Shown piece by piece: positions 20,520-30,490 of a stretch of 64,000 bases of DNA (position 1 is the stretch's first letter; each line of letters starts with the position of its first letter). A program made the translations under genes and the position numbers. The notes under the pieces were generated by a model. It made no database searches, was not told where the DNA came from, and saw only the letters and a list, made by a program, of their open reading frames with translations. Where the stretch lies: positions 1-64,000 of IMG/VR virus record IMGVR_UViG_3300035698_010466. One strand, written 5' to 3'. This DNA is from a virus.

Positions 20520-22971
20520 ATGGCTCAAGTACAACTTAAAGATTTAATGGATCCGCTATTAAAGATAGCGGCTGCGACAGAAAAAACATCAAAGAATGTA
20601 GATGCTATAGTAGCCGTCGCAACAGGCGGTGCTAATGGCAGAACATTAGAAAAGGTTTTAATTTCTGAATTAAAAATACAAACAGAGTACTTAAAGGCAA
20701 TTGCAATTGGTGTAAATTCTTCAAACCAATTAAAACTAACATCTCCTAAAAAAGTTAAAGAAGGTAGTGATGATCGTAAATCTGCTGCTGAAGTATTAAT
20801 AACATTAGGTGTAGGTGCTGCAAAATTAGCAAAGGCAATGATGTTATGGGCATTTGTTCCTAAGAAGGTTGTAAGGAAATTTCCACTTTTTATTAAAAAT
20901 CTTTTTAATGTATTAAGTAAAATTAAAGTTAAAAAGGTAAGAGAAGGCGCTAAAGTATTAGAACTTTTATCCGGTGCTATATTAAAATTTTCAACGGCAT
21001 TAGCTTTATCTGCAATTTTATTAATTCCTGGTATGATTGCAATTCCATTTTTAATATTTTCAATAGCCTTACTTGGTACAACTTTTGCAATGTTAGGAAA
21101 ATTCTCAAAACGTATACGTAAAGGTGCTAAAGCAGTGGACAGAATTGGGGATGCTCTTAAATCATTTGCGATAGGAGTAGCATTATTTGCTTTAACTACA
21201 ATGTTTATTTTAATGAAACCTGTAATATTACTTGGAATGGTTGCGACATTAGTTTTAATAGGTGGAGCATTTGCATCGTTAGGAATATTCAAAAAATCTA
21301 TAATAAAAGGTGTTGTCGCAGTAGCATTAATGGGGATATCTTTAATTGTATTCAGTATAGGATATCTTTTATTCGCAGCTGCAACAAAGGATATAACATG
21401 GAAAGATATTGGAATTCAAGCTGGTGTGTTAGGTGGCGTAGGTGCAGTAATGATTGGGGTAGGTCTTGGTGTTGCCGCAACTGCAGGCACTGCATTATTA
21501 GGACCGTTATTATTTGCTAGCAGCAGGATTATCTTTAATTGTATTAGCAAAAGGGTTAAAGGCAATGAAAGATCTGAATTTTACAAAAGAAGATTCTGAA
21601 AATCTTGTTATTGCTTTAACTGGTGTTAAAACTGCATTTTTAGGTGGTGATAAATCTGATGAAGGATTCTTTTCGAAAATTGGTGGTATGATTGGTGGAG
21701 CAGTAGATACAGTTGCAATGGGTGCAGCTGCGTTAGGATTTGCTGCAGCCGGTGGGGCTTTATTAGTATTAGTACCAGGTTTGAGAGCATTCCAAAGTTT
21801 AAAATGGACTAATGATAATTCGTTAGAATTAACTACAATGTTAAGTGGTATAACATCAGCATTTGCACAAGCTGGTGGAGAACCATCAACTCCTACTGGA
21901 TTATTTGGTAAAGTATTTGGTAATGCATTTAGTCCTAATGCAGTTGAAAGAGGTATACATGCGGTAATGGATGCAGGAGAAGCATTAACAGGAATAACAC
22001 AAGGGCTTCAAGCATTCCAAAAATTAGTTAATGCAAATGTTAAATTTGGTACACCTGGTGAAAATGGTCAATTTAAAAAAGGTACATTAGGATATGCAGT
22101 AACTAATACCGTTGGCTTTATTCGTACTGCCTTTGCTGCAGTTGGAGGAGAAGGAACAGTTGCTGCTGGTGGATTTTTTAATTCATTATTTTCAATTAAG
22201 AAAAATAAAGTACAAGAAGGTATAGATTCTGTTGAATCTGTTGGTGAAACTCTTAATGGTATTGCTAATGGACTTATAGGATTCCAATCACTTATTAAAT
22301 CAAAAGTAAAATTTGGTATACCTGATGCAGATGGAAAATATAAAAAGGATACATTAGGATATGCAATAACACATGCTATTGGATTTGTTGGAACTGCATT
22401 TGCCGCAATAGGTAATAATACAAAGAAAAAGAGTGCATTATTTGGGCTAATTAAATGGGATCAAAATCTTGTAAAAAAAGGTATACAAAATGTTAAAGGA
22501 GCAGGCGAAGAACTTGTAAATATCGTTACTGGACTTCAAAAACTTAATACATTAAAAGAACCAGAAATGGTTGCAAATGGTACAAAATTTGTATCTGATT
22601 TAGCTGAACTTGCTAAAGCTGGATTATTAATTAAAACTGGAAATGGTTTACAAAAAATTGCAAATGCTGTAAATTCAATCGATTCACAAAAAGCTGATTC
22701 ATTTGCTAATTTATTTAAAACTGCTAATGAATTATCATCTAATACAGCTGCTATAAGCCAATTAGTTGAAGCGGTTAATGAAATTAAAGCAACATTAGGT
22801 GGAGATACTATTTCTGAATCTTCATCTTCTACTACTACAACTAAATCAGCATCTAATAAAGATCTTAAAGAAACTTTAGTTGCAATTAATTCTACTATGT
22901 ATAAAATGAATAATACATTATCACAACTACCTGCTTCTATACAATCAATAAAAATTATAGTTCCAGAATAA
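20520..22971 (+). CDS. tape-measure-like protein, frameshifted near 21519
   Basis: Ala/Gly/Leu-rich helical ORFs 20520-21599 and 21514-22971 join if one base near 21519 is removed. Confidence 0.7.
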
Positions 22972-23029
22972 TAACATTAAACTAAGTATAGATTCTTCCA
23001 TATAAAAATAAACAATTAATTTAAGAATT

Positions 23030-23824
23030 ATGGATAAGAATATTATTTGGTTTGACTTAGAAACAACTGGAGTCCAAACCTCAACAGATCGTGTTATTGA
23101 AATTTGTATGATCAAAACAGATTTTGAAGGTAATGAAATTGATAAGTATCATTCATTAGTTAATCCCGAAGGAGCTGTATCAAGACCCGAAGCAATTGAA
23201 AAACATGGTATCACAGCAGAAATGTTAAAAGATCAACCTACATTTTCAATGATCGCAAAAGAAGTAAATGACTTTATTGGAGATTGTGATTTAGGTGGAT
23301 ATAATGTACTTTATTTTGATATCCCAATGATATCTGAAGAATTTATGAGATCAGGTATTGTGTTTAAACATCGAACCAAAGCTGTTATAGATCCTTATGT
23401 TATTTACACTAAATTTGAAAGAAGAGATTTAACTTCAACTTACGAAAGATTTACCGGCAAAACTTTAGAAAACGCACATAGAGCAGAATCTGATGTTAGG
23501 GCAACAATGGAAATATTTCAAGCTCAACGTAAGATATATGATATCCCAAATAATGCAAAAGAACTTGATGATCAAGTCAATGAAAATCGAAAAACTCAAG
23601 TAGATTTAGGTGGTAAGTTTAAATTTACTGAAACCGATGGCAAGAAAGATATTATTTTCAATTTTGGAAAATGGAATGGTCAAACTTTCCGTACAGTATA
23701 TGAAAAGGATAAACGTTATATTCAATGGATGATCGATAAAGGAGATTTCCATAAGGAAACTAAAATTATTGCAAGTAAACTTTTAACAAAATTTGAAACT
23801 GAAGCTGGACAACCTCCATTTTAA
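23030..23824 (+). CDS. DEDDh 3'-5' exonuclease (DnaQ-like)
   Basis: FDLETTG, GYN..FD, AHRAESDV; C-terminal FGKWNG. Confidence 0.9.
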   Translation: MDKNIIWFDLETTGVQTSTDRVIEICMIKTDFEGNEIDKYHSLVNPEGAVSRPEAIEKHGITAEMLKDQPTFSMIAKEVNDFIGDCDLGGYNVLYFDIPMISEEFMRSGIVFKHRTKAVIDPYVIYTKFERRDLTSTYERFTGKTLENAHRAESDVRATMEIFQAQRKIYDIPNNAKELDDQVNENRKTQVDLGGKFKFTETDGKKDIIFNFGKWNGQTFRTVYEKDKRYIQWMIDKGDFHKETKIIASKLLTKFETEAGQPPF

Positions 23825-23836
23825 AAAATTAATACT

Positions 23837-24061
23837 ATGATTTTAGTAAGAATTCAAAATGACAAAAAACCTAATGTAGTTTTTGAAGGAAACACGGAAG
23901 AATTAATTGAAAAAATTAAAGAATTAGATTTATGCGATTGGCATGATACTTATTTCTATAAACGTGGTGAATTCAAAAACTTAGGTTTGTGGACTGATAT
24001 TCATGATTATTATTCAATTTATACCACAAACGAAAGTATGGAACGCTCTTTAAAAATTTAA
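23837..24061 (+). CDS. hypothetical protein
   Basis: ORF track. Confidence 0.55.
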   Translation: MILVRIQNDKKPNVVFEGNTEELIEKIKELDLCDWHDTYFYKRGEFKNLGLWTDIHDYYSIYTTNESMERSLKI

Positions 24062-24270
24062 AAAAAAATTCTAAAAAATTTCCTATTTTTCTGAAACAAT
24101 TTACGATATCTTCTATATAAAATTTAACTGTTAAAAGAAAGAAAAGTATTTAATAGCTAAATTGGGTATACAAAGGTATTTAAGTATTTAAAGGGTACTC
24201 TATGTATTCTATGTTACATACTCTATCTATAAATAAATTTAAAAATAATTAAATATAATCTATAAAATAT

Positions 24271-24301
24271 TTTTTATTCCCAATAAAATTGATTATATTT
24301 A
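24271..24301 (+). promoter_or_regulatory. putative early (host sigma) promoter, Bacteroidota-like
   Basis: TTTTTATTCCCAATAAAATTGATTATATTTA; near-identical copies at 28476, 28593, 28711 and 35686; TATATTTA resembles the -7 TAnnTTTG box. Confidence 0.65.
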
Positions 24302-24327
24302 TATTATAAATTAATAATCAGAAAAAT

Positions 24328-24792
24328 ATGTCAAATAATTTAAAACAAAACATTAGCCCTCGTAAAGCACTTTTCCTTTTACGAGGGCTACCGTAATTAG
24401 GTTGCGGGAAAAGCACTGTCGGTAAAAGTTTATCAGGTGGGACTGGTTCAGATTATTTTGAAGCTGATATGTACCATTACGATAAAGATGGAAAGTATGA
24501 CTGGAAACCGGAAAATGTTAAACGCGCTCATGACTGGTGTAAATCTGAGACAGAATATGCAATGGAGTTTGGTCATAGGTCAATGCATGGTAAATTCCCT
24601 TTACATACTGTAGTTGTTTCAAATACTTTCACACAAGAATGGGAAATGGAAGATTACTATAAATTAGCAGAGAAACACGGTTATATCGTATTTTCATTAA
24701 TTGTTGAGAACCGTCATGGTGGTGAAAACATTCATAACGTACCACAAGCAGTATTAGATAAAATGAAAGGTAGATTTAACATTAAATTATAA
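24328..24792 (+). CDS. AAA_33/polynucleotide-kinase-like P-loop kinase interrupted by in-frame TAA TTA in Walker A (candidate bypass)
   Basis: LFLLRGLP*L GCGKST...FEADMY...AHDWC...VVVSNTF...HNVP; removing 24394-24399 restores GLPGCGKS. Confidence 0.8.
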
Positions 24793-24795
24793 TAT

Positions 24796-26033
24796 ATGAA
24801 GAATACAATTTTTATACCAAAGAAATGTAAAGTAGGATTAATCCTAGGAGTGATACGTATACCGGAAAACTCGGATATGTAATTTATAACGATGGAAAGA
24901 AATGGCGCAAGGAAGCATCATGGAGTTCATGGAAGTATAATTATATTGATGATGGCGAATATGAAAAACAAAAGAATAAGCAATATAATGATAAGATTGA
25001 TGAAATCTTAAAAGCTGAACCGTATGAAAGATATAGTAATAAGAAGAGACCTGCTAAGGATGGCAAATGCGAAGTTTATTTAGGATATCTTAAAAATTGG
25101 GTAAGATTTGATCCTATTAATACAAGAGAAGAAGCTGAAGCATTATTACCTTATGATGTATTCGAACCGCAAATTAGACAGAGTTCAAATGATCATGGTA
25201 TGAAAGTATTAGAATTTGAAAATACTGCACTTGATGGATTTGCTTTAAATAAAAAAGCTGGTGGTGGTAGTTCCGGATGGAATTCTCGCCAGACTTACTG
25301 TAGAGTATACGATCCAAGAGGATTTGAATTTGAAATTTCGATTCCTAATCTTCTTTATATCTTAGAGAATACTAATTCAATAAAAGGTAAAGGATTGGAA
25401 GGTAAATTCATATATGGATGGGAAGGTAAAGATCTTATTCTTATACCTGAAAGCGCACCTGAATATGAGGAGATGATGAAATACACAGAACTTCAAGATG
25501 GTAAGGTTTTTAAACGTGACATGGTACCAGGTGGTGTATATCTTGATAAGGATGGGAACCGAGTAACTTATATGGGCGATGCATATTCTCTTGACTATTA
25601 TAATAGAGTTAGTTCTAAAAAGAAAATTTGGTTTTGTAAAAACGGTATTAGCAGGTTTTTAAACAAGAGTGATGTAAAATCAATTAAAAAGGATTTAAAA
25701 GAATTCAATGATGATTTTGCTAATTTGATGGATAAATTAGAAAACGTAAAATCATATGTTAAAGGTAAGCCTGAATATATTTTATCAACAATTACAGAAA
25801 TTGATTTACTTCGTTCTTTTGATAAAGGAGATAATTATTATGGCATATATAACTACTATATTAAAAAGGATGGTAAATTTAAGCCTATTATAATTAAGCG
25901 TAATTGGAATAATTCAAGAACAACTTATTCACTATTATGTAGTAAATCTTATGATAATAACGCAGGACAATATGATACATTAAACAAATTATTAAAAACA
26001 AATGAACTATGGGAACTAAAAACGACAAAGTAA
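24796..26033 (+). CDS. conserved phage hypothetical protein, 1-nt frameshift near 24839
   Basis: MKNTIFIPKKCKVG joins an open frame NPRSDTYTGKLGYV... that runs into ORF 25200. Confidence 0.65.
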
Positions 26034-26416
26034 TTTTAACTCTTAAAAAAGAAGTTGAAGAAAAGAAAAAACTTTTAAAAACAAACAAGAAGTTTGCGCC
26101 TGTTACAAACTGTAACCTTGATATTGATGGCAATAGAATGAATATTCATGTTGCAGATAAAGATAAACTATTGTTAGCGATCGCTAAATTAGCTTCTTTA
26201 CAATCATCATTGGCTACAGTATTACCGAATGAGATTTTAACTATAGGTGGATTTTCTGTTGGGCAATGGATTAAAGATCTTACTGCAAGATTCAATTATT
26301 TAAATGTTTCATTAGAAAATGAAAAATTGAAAAAACTTGAAGCAAGATTACATAACCTTCTTTCAAATGATACGAAAGTTGAACTTGAAATTGAAGATCT
26401 GAAGTCACAGATTTAA
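26009..26416 (+). CDS. hypothetical protein
   Basis: ORF track. Confidence 0.6.
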   Translation: MGTKNDKVILTLKKEVEEKKKLLKTNKKFAPVTNCNLDIDGNRMNIHVADKDKLLLAIAKLASLQSSLATVLPNEILTIGGFSVGQWIKDLTARFNYLNVSLENEKLKKLEARLHNLLSNDTKVELEIEDLKSQI

Positions 26417-26417
26417 C

Positions 26418-26648
26418 ATGAAATATTGTAAAAAAGAGATAGTAAAAGGCTGCTATCATCAATGTACATTTTTTGGAACAGATATGGATGGGATGCAATG
26501 TGTCCATCCATATTTTGATGACAAGGGTCCATATGATAATATGATCATTACACAAGATAATAGCAGAGATGGAAATATCCCAGAAGAATGTCCGTTACGT
26601 AAATTCATTAAAACTGAAGTTATATTAGATGTTAGATTAAAACCATAA
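26418..26648 (+). CDS. small Cys-rich hypothetical protein
   Basis: CxxC.F...C...IPEECPL. Confidence 0.6.
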   Translation: MKYCKKEIVKGCYHQCTFFGTDMDGMQCVHPYFDDKGPYDNMIITQDNSRDGNIPEECPLRKFIKTEVILDVRLKP

Positions 26649-26662
26649 TATATAAAATAATC

Positions 26663-27067
26663 GGGGCAGTCAAGGAATCGATTGGCAGGAGATAATATTA
26701 AGATGCAAGTAGTGTTAAATGGAAACACTTAAATAACCTATTGAACAAACAATTGACAATATTTTTACAAACGCTCAAGTTGCGTTAGCAGCTTAGCAAA
26801 TTAGCGGTAACTGCTTAGAAACAGAAAGTTACAAAATTGAGTTGGGGAAAAAGGGTTTATAGTACCCTCTTAATTCCATCAGAAACCCTGATCCTTATAC
26901 ACGGAGACAGACCAACGGGTAATTCCAGAGGAGTGCTGTAATGGAATTTGCTGAGATCAATAACTCAGTTCAAAAATAATTGGAATGTTCGGTATTCCGA
27001 ACTAAACTTGTAAACGAATCTAATATATCAAATGAGCAAGACGCGGGTTCAACTCCCGCCTGCTCCC
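26663..27067 (+). ncRNA. ssrA: tmRNA; tag (A)DNIFTNAQVALAA*
   Basis: 5' GGGGCAG pairs with CTGCTCC including G3.U70; T-arm GCGGGTTCAACTCCCGC; tag ORF 26755-26796 ends LAA. Confidence 0.9.
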
Positions 27068-27117
27068 TCATAATATTTCTGCTCTTATTTATGAATATAT
27101 AAAATAAATTATATTTA

Positions 27118-28014
27118 ATGAAAAGAGCTGATAAAAGGAAGTATCATTACATATATAAAACAACATGTACAATTACAAAAAAGTTTTATATTGGATTGCA
27201 TTCCACTGATAATCTTGATGATGGTTATAAAGGATCAGGTCGACAGCTTTGGAACTCAATTAATCAGCATGGCAAAGAAAATCATATAACTGAAATTTTA
27301 GAATATTTACCTGATAGAAAAAGTCTATCTAATAGAGAACGTGAAATTGTTAATAAAAATCTTTTACGAGATAATATGTGTATGAATTTAACTTTAGGCG
27401 GTGGAGACATAAATGCACCATATCATGTAACAATTAAAGATAAAGATGGAAATACATTTAGAACACCAGTTAATGACCCAAGATATTTATCTGGAGAATT
27501 AGTTGTATTAGCAAACGGAAAAGTTACTGTTAAAGATAAAAATGGAAAAACTTTTAGAACTAGTCTTAGTGACCCAAGATATTTATCTGGAGAACTAGTT
27601 CCAGTTGCTAAAGGATTTGTTAATGTTAAAGATAAAAATGGGAATGGATATAGGGTATTAATCAGTGACCCAAGATATTTATCTGGAGAATTAGTAGGTG
27701 TCACTAAAAATAAAGTAACAGTTAAAGATAAAGATGGAAATATATACAGTGTATCAGTTAATGATTCAAGATATTTATCTGGAGAATTAATTCCTATATG
27801 GGTTGGTAAAAGTCATTCTTTAAGAACTAAGAATAAAATAAGTAAAACTAAAAAAGGTACACAAACAGGTTCAGCAAATTCTCAATTTGGCACATGTTGG
27901 ATTTATAACATAAAATTAGATGAAACTATTAAAATAAAAAAAACAAAATTATCTGATTATCTTAATAATGGTTGGATAAGAGGTAGAATAAAAAATAAAA
28001 AATATTATATATGA
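27118..28014 (+). CDS. GIY-YIG (Seg-like) homing endonuclease with four 32-aa repeats
   Basis: YIYKTT...FYIGLHST...Y.GSG; VKDK.G...DPRYLSGEL x4 (27427-27810); NSQFGTCWI. Confidence 0.8.
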   Translation: MKRADKRKYHYIYKTTCTITKKFYIGLHSTDNLDDGYKGSGRQLWNSINQHGKENHITEILEYLPDRKSLSNREREIVNKNLLRDNMCMNLTLGGGDINAPYHVTIKDKDGNTFRTPVNDPRYLSGELVVLANGKVTVKDKNGKTFRTSLSDPRYLSGELVPVAKGFVNVKDKNGNGYRVLISDPRYLSGELVGVTKNKVTVKDKDGNIYSVSVNDSRYLSGELIPIWVGKSHSLRTKNKISKTKKGTQTGSANSQFGTCWIYNIKLDETIKIKKTKLSDYLNNGWIRGRIKNKKYYI

Positions 28015-28190
28015 AACATTTTAATAAATCAATATCAGCTATAATAGCTGGTGAAAAATGTCCTTTACCAATTGGTATTATACCTGATCAAATGGGTATT
28101 AATTTATGTTCAGTTGAAAGCATATCATGGGATGAACTTAATGACGGGCAAATAGATAAGCTGACAATTAATTTTATTCCACTAAAATAA
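28011..28190 (+). CDS. small hypothetical protein (59 aa)
   Basis: Hand-translated MKHFNKSIS...INFIPLK*, overlapping the upstream stop. Confidence 0.5.
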   Translation: MKHFNKSISAIIAGEKCPLPIGIIPDQMGINLCSVESISWDELNDGQIDKLTINFIPLK

Positions 28191-28262
28191 ATTTAAAAAA
28201 TATTATATTTTATGTGAAACAAACACATCATCTGTATATATAAATAACAAATAATAATATTA

Positions 28263-28367
28263 ATGCAACGAAGTTTACAAACATATTGGACGAGTATACA
28301 TACTGAGATTAAGGAATCACAGATGGTAGATCCGTTTGCACTTGGCTGTAATTTAGGGAGAACTTGA
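28263..28367 (+). CDS. 34-aa small ORF with its own promoter and terminator
   Basis: MQRSLQTYWTSIH...GRT*; AAAC-N17-ATATAAATA upstream and a terminator downstream. Confidence 0.4.
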   Translation: MQRSLQTYWTSIHTEIKESQMVDPFALGCNLGRT

Positions 28368-28389
28368 TAATTTTTAACACGAATATACA

Positions 28390-28420
28390 AGGCCTCCTAG
28401 TTATTCTGGGAGGCTTTTTT
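28390..28420 (+). terminator. intrinsic terminator
   Basis: GGCCTCCTAG-TTATT-CTGGGAGGCT followed by a T-run. Confidence 0.8.
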
Positions 28421-28444
28421 AGTTTAACTGCTTCGAAAAAAAAA

Positions 28445-28750
28445 TGAGGGTTTAGAGAAAAAGTTTCATAAATATTTTTTATTCCCAATAAAATTGATTA
28501 TATTTAATTATAATTAAAAACGGTAAAATTAAACACTGTTATAAACGTTCTTTAAAAAAATGAGGGAAATAAGAAAAAAGTTTCATAAAAATTTTTTATT
28601 CCCAATTTAATTGATTATATTTAATTATAATTAAAAACGGTAAAATTAAACACCGTAACAAACGTTCTTTAAAAAAAATGAGGGAATTAAGAAAAAAGTT
28701 TCATAAAAATTTTTTATTCCCAATTTAATTGATTATATTTATATTGTAAT
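28445..28750 (+). repeat. three tandem ~117-bp promoter units upstream of the tRNA array
   Basis: Units start at 28445, 28561 and 28679 (TGAGGG...AAAGTTTCATAAA...ATTCCCAAT...TTGATTATATTTA). Confidence 0.9.
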
Positions 28751-28864
28751 TAATTCAAACTATTACAAATGTGAAATTAAAGTTTCAAGAAAAAAGTTTC
28801 GAGAAAATTTCAAATCGCAAAAACTTTATTACATTCGTACTGAAATTGATTACTTTTATAATAC

Positions 28865-28876
28865 CGCTCTTTGACA
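28865..28876 (+). promoter_or_regulatory. boxA-like antitermination site (further copies at 28546-28557 and 28663-28674)
   Basis: CGCTCTTTGACA and CGTTCTTTAAAA compared with the rrn boxA TGCTCTTTAACA. Confidence 0.6.
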
Positions 28877-28884
28877 TATTGGAT

Positions 28885-28978
28885 GATATCAAATAAACAC
28901 CTCCTCGTGGTGATATTGGATACGATTGAAAATAATTCGACTAATTATCTTATGACGATAAATCTAACTAAGTTTATT
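28885..28978 (+). ncRNA. HDV-like self-cleaving ribozyme
   Basis: P1 GATATC/GATATT (G1.U), P2 AATAAAC/GTTTATT, P3 ACC/GGT, L3 TCCTCGT, GG for P1.1, J4/2 AACTAA. Confidence 0.7.
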
Positions 28979-29095
28979 ATTTCCGGAAGGAATGAGGCAA
29001 TATAGAATTAGCCGTTTGTTAAGGCTAGGAGCATACCATAACTCAAGCATTTAAGTCATTAACTGATGCAAATATTGTAACGGAACTGCAGTTCC

Positions 29096-29155
29096 AATCT
29101 GGCCAGGGTGAAAGCGCGACTATCGCAAGCATAAGGTTCGACTCCTTACAGATTA
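29096..29155 (+). other. degenerate tRNA-like element
   Basis: AATCTG/CAGATT stem and T-arm TAAGGTTCGACTCCTTA; no proper anticodon loop. Confidence 0.35.
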
Positions 29156-29167
29156 TTTTAATTATAT

Positions 29168-29239
29168 TGATCCATGGTGTAATCGGTAACACATAACACT
29201 TTGAATGTTAAGTACCAGGTTCAAATCCTGGTGGACCAA
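29168..29239 (+). tRNA. tRNA-Gln(TTG)
   Basis: TAACA-CTTTGAA-TGTTA; cloverleaf. Confidence 0.85.
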
Positions 29240-29318
29240 CTGAGTATCTAGATTTTTGTTTGCAAGCCCTTATTGTTACAATCGGCCGATACTAATGATA
29301 AGGAATCGAAAATACTTT

Positions 29319-29389
29319 CGCGATATAGTATAGTGGTAGTACATTGGCGTTCGAAGCTGGTGGCTCAGGTTCGATTCCTGATATCGCAA
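29319..29389 (+). tRNA. atypical tRNA, anticodon TCG (Arg?) or pseudo-tRNA
   Basis: Good D and T arms; weak G.U-rich anticodon stem; C1/A72 mismatch. Confidence 0.45.
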
Positions 29390-29406
29390 CTATTGTAACT
29401 AAACAT

Positions 29407-29480
29407 GGCCCTTTCGTCTAATAGGCTAGGACACATCTCTTTCAAGGATGAAACGCACGGATCGTAACCGGCAGGGGTCA
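29407..29480 (+). tRNA. tRNA-Glu(TTC)
   Basis: CATCT-CTTTCAA-GGATG; T-loop ATCGTAA. Confidence 0.85.
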
Positions 29481-29545
29481 CTAAATTAATCTGATGCCGT
29501 ATAAAATATCGGTAGTATCTGAGGCTAGGATTAATTTTTAAACAT

Positions 29546-29618
29546 GGATTAGTAGCTCAAATGGTAGAGCGCCGGTGTGAAGTACCGGAGGTAGGTGGAT
29601 CGTTACCACCCTATTCCA
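29546..29618 (+). tRNA. tRNA-Phe(GAA)
   Basis: CCGGT-GTGAAGT-ACCGG. Confidence 0.8.
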
Positions 29619-29844
29619 CTGCATTGATTACCGGCTACAATCATCGGTCCTTTACCCTAAATTGTTAGGGAAATAACCAAAATGGGCAAACCGGGAAGCT
29701 TTCGTAAACGTATCCAAACCCTCAGTAGGGGATACCGAAAAGAAATAAATTGTATAAGAAGCGAAAAATGGTCAACTCGAGATAAGGCCAGAGTATTGTA
29801 TGAAAAAATATCCGTAAGGAGAATAACGAAGGGGTTTTTATAAT

Positions 29845-29926
29845 GGGTACGGAAAGTCATTTCGGATATGACAATCGGTCTGTAACACCGATCCTTTGGG
29901 GCGTGGTTCGAGTCCACCCGGATCCA
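29845..29926 (+). tRNA. tRNA-Tyr(GTA)
   Basis: ATCGGT-CTGTAAC-ACCGAT; variable arm present. Confidence 0.8.
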
Positions 29927-30114
29927 CTAAAATCATGGAGTATCGAAGATAACGTAGAAGCGGTAGGATTAATTTGCAAGAAGGCCTACAACGTTTGCAA
30001 ACTCAAATTGATTTTAACTTTTAAATGATTTTAAAAAATCTGTGCTAATAATAACATGTAAAAAATTAGAACAGTTTCCTCGGGCAAGGTCTATGGAAAT
30101 ATTTAAAAGTCAAT

Positions 30115-30188
30115 ACTCTCGAAGCTCAAGTGAAAGTAGCTACGCTCTTTTAAAGCGAAGGTTGCAGGTTTGATCCCTGCGGGGAGTA
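30115..30188 (+). tRNA. tRNA-Lys(TTT)
   Basis: CGCT-CTTTTAA-AGCG. Confidence 0.75.
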
Positions 30189-30195
30189 CAAAAAA

Positions 30196-30281
30196 TTGGA
30201 AGTGATGAAATTGGCAAACATACTTCCCCAAGAGGGAAGTGGAAATATATTTCCGTAGTGGTTCGAGTCCACTCTTCCAAT
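30196..30281 (+). tRNA. tRNA-Leu (anticodon CAA or AAG, loop atypical)
   Basis: Long variable arm; CTTCC-CCAAGAG-GGAAG. Confidence 0.7.
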
Positions 30282-30490
30282 CAAATAAAATTAGTAAAGA
30301 AATCTAAATCTTGGATGGATACATCAATGTAGATTGGCAAGGATATTAATTTTATCAATAAGTAGCCGAAAGGTGTAGATAAACTAATGCATGATACGAG
30401 TACAGGGAACCAGCCCAATGACTCTACTTATGAACTTATCGCTAATAGGTTTCCACCTTGGGAAGCGTTAAATATTCCTAAACGGACCAC

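Noticed and set aside
20525-21292. 255-aa antisense ORF and other minus-strand ORFs inside long genes
   Set aside because: Antisense shadows of biased codon usage with no recognisable motifs.
21510-21525. Frameshift in the tape measure gene as programmed recoding
   Set aside because: One extra base, no adjacent stop or strong abutting hairpin, and other single-base indels occur in the window; most likely a sequencing error (check reads).
24835-24845. Frameshift in the 24796 gene as recoding
   Set aside because: Explained by one missing T (GGA TT[T] AAT); no recoding signals.
28445-28750. CRISPR array
   Set aside because: The units are ~117-bp tandem copies with no unique spacers and no cas genes in the window.
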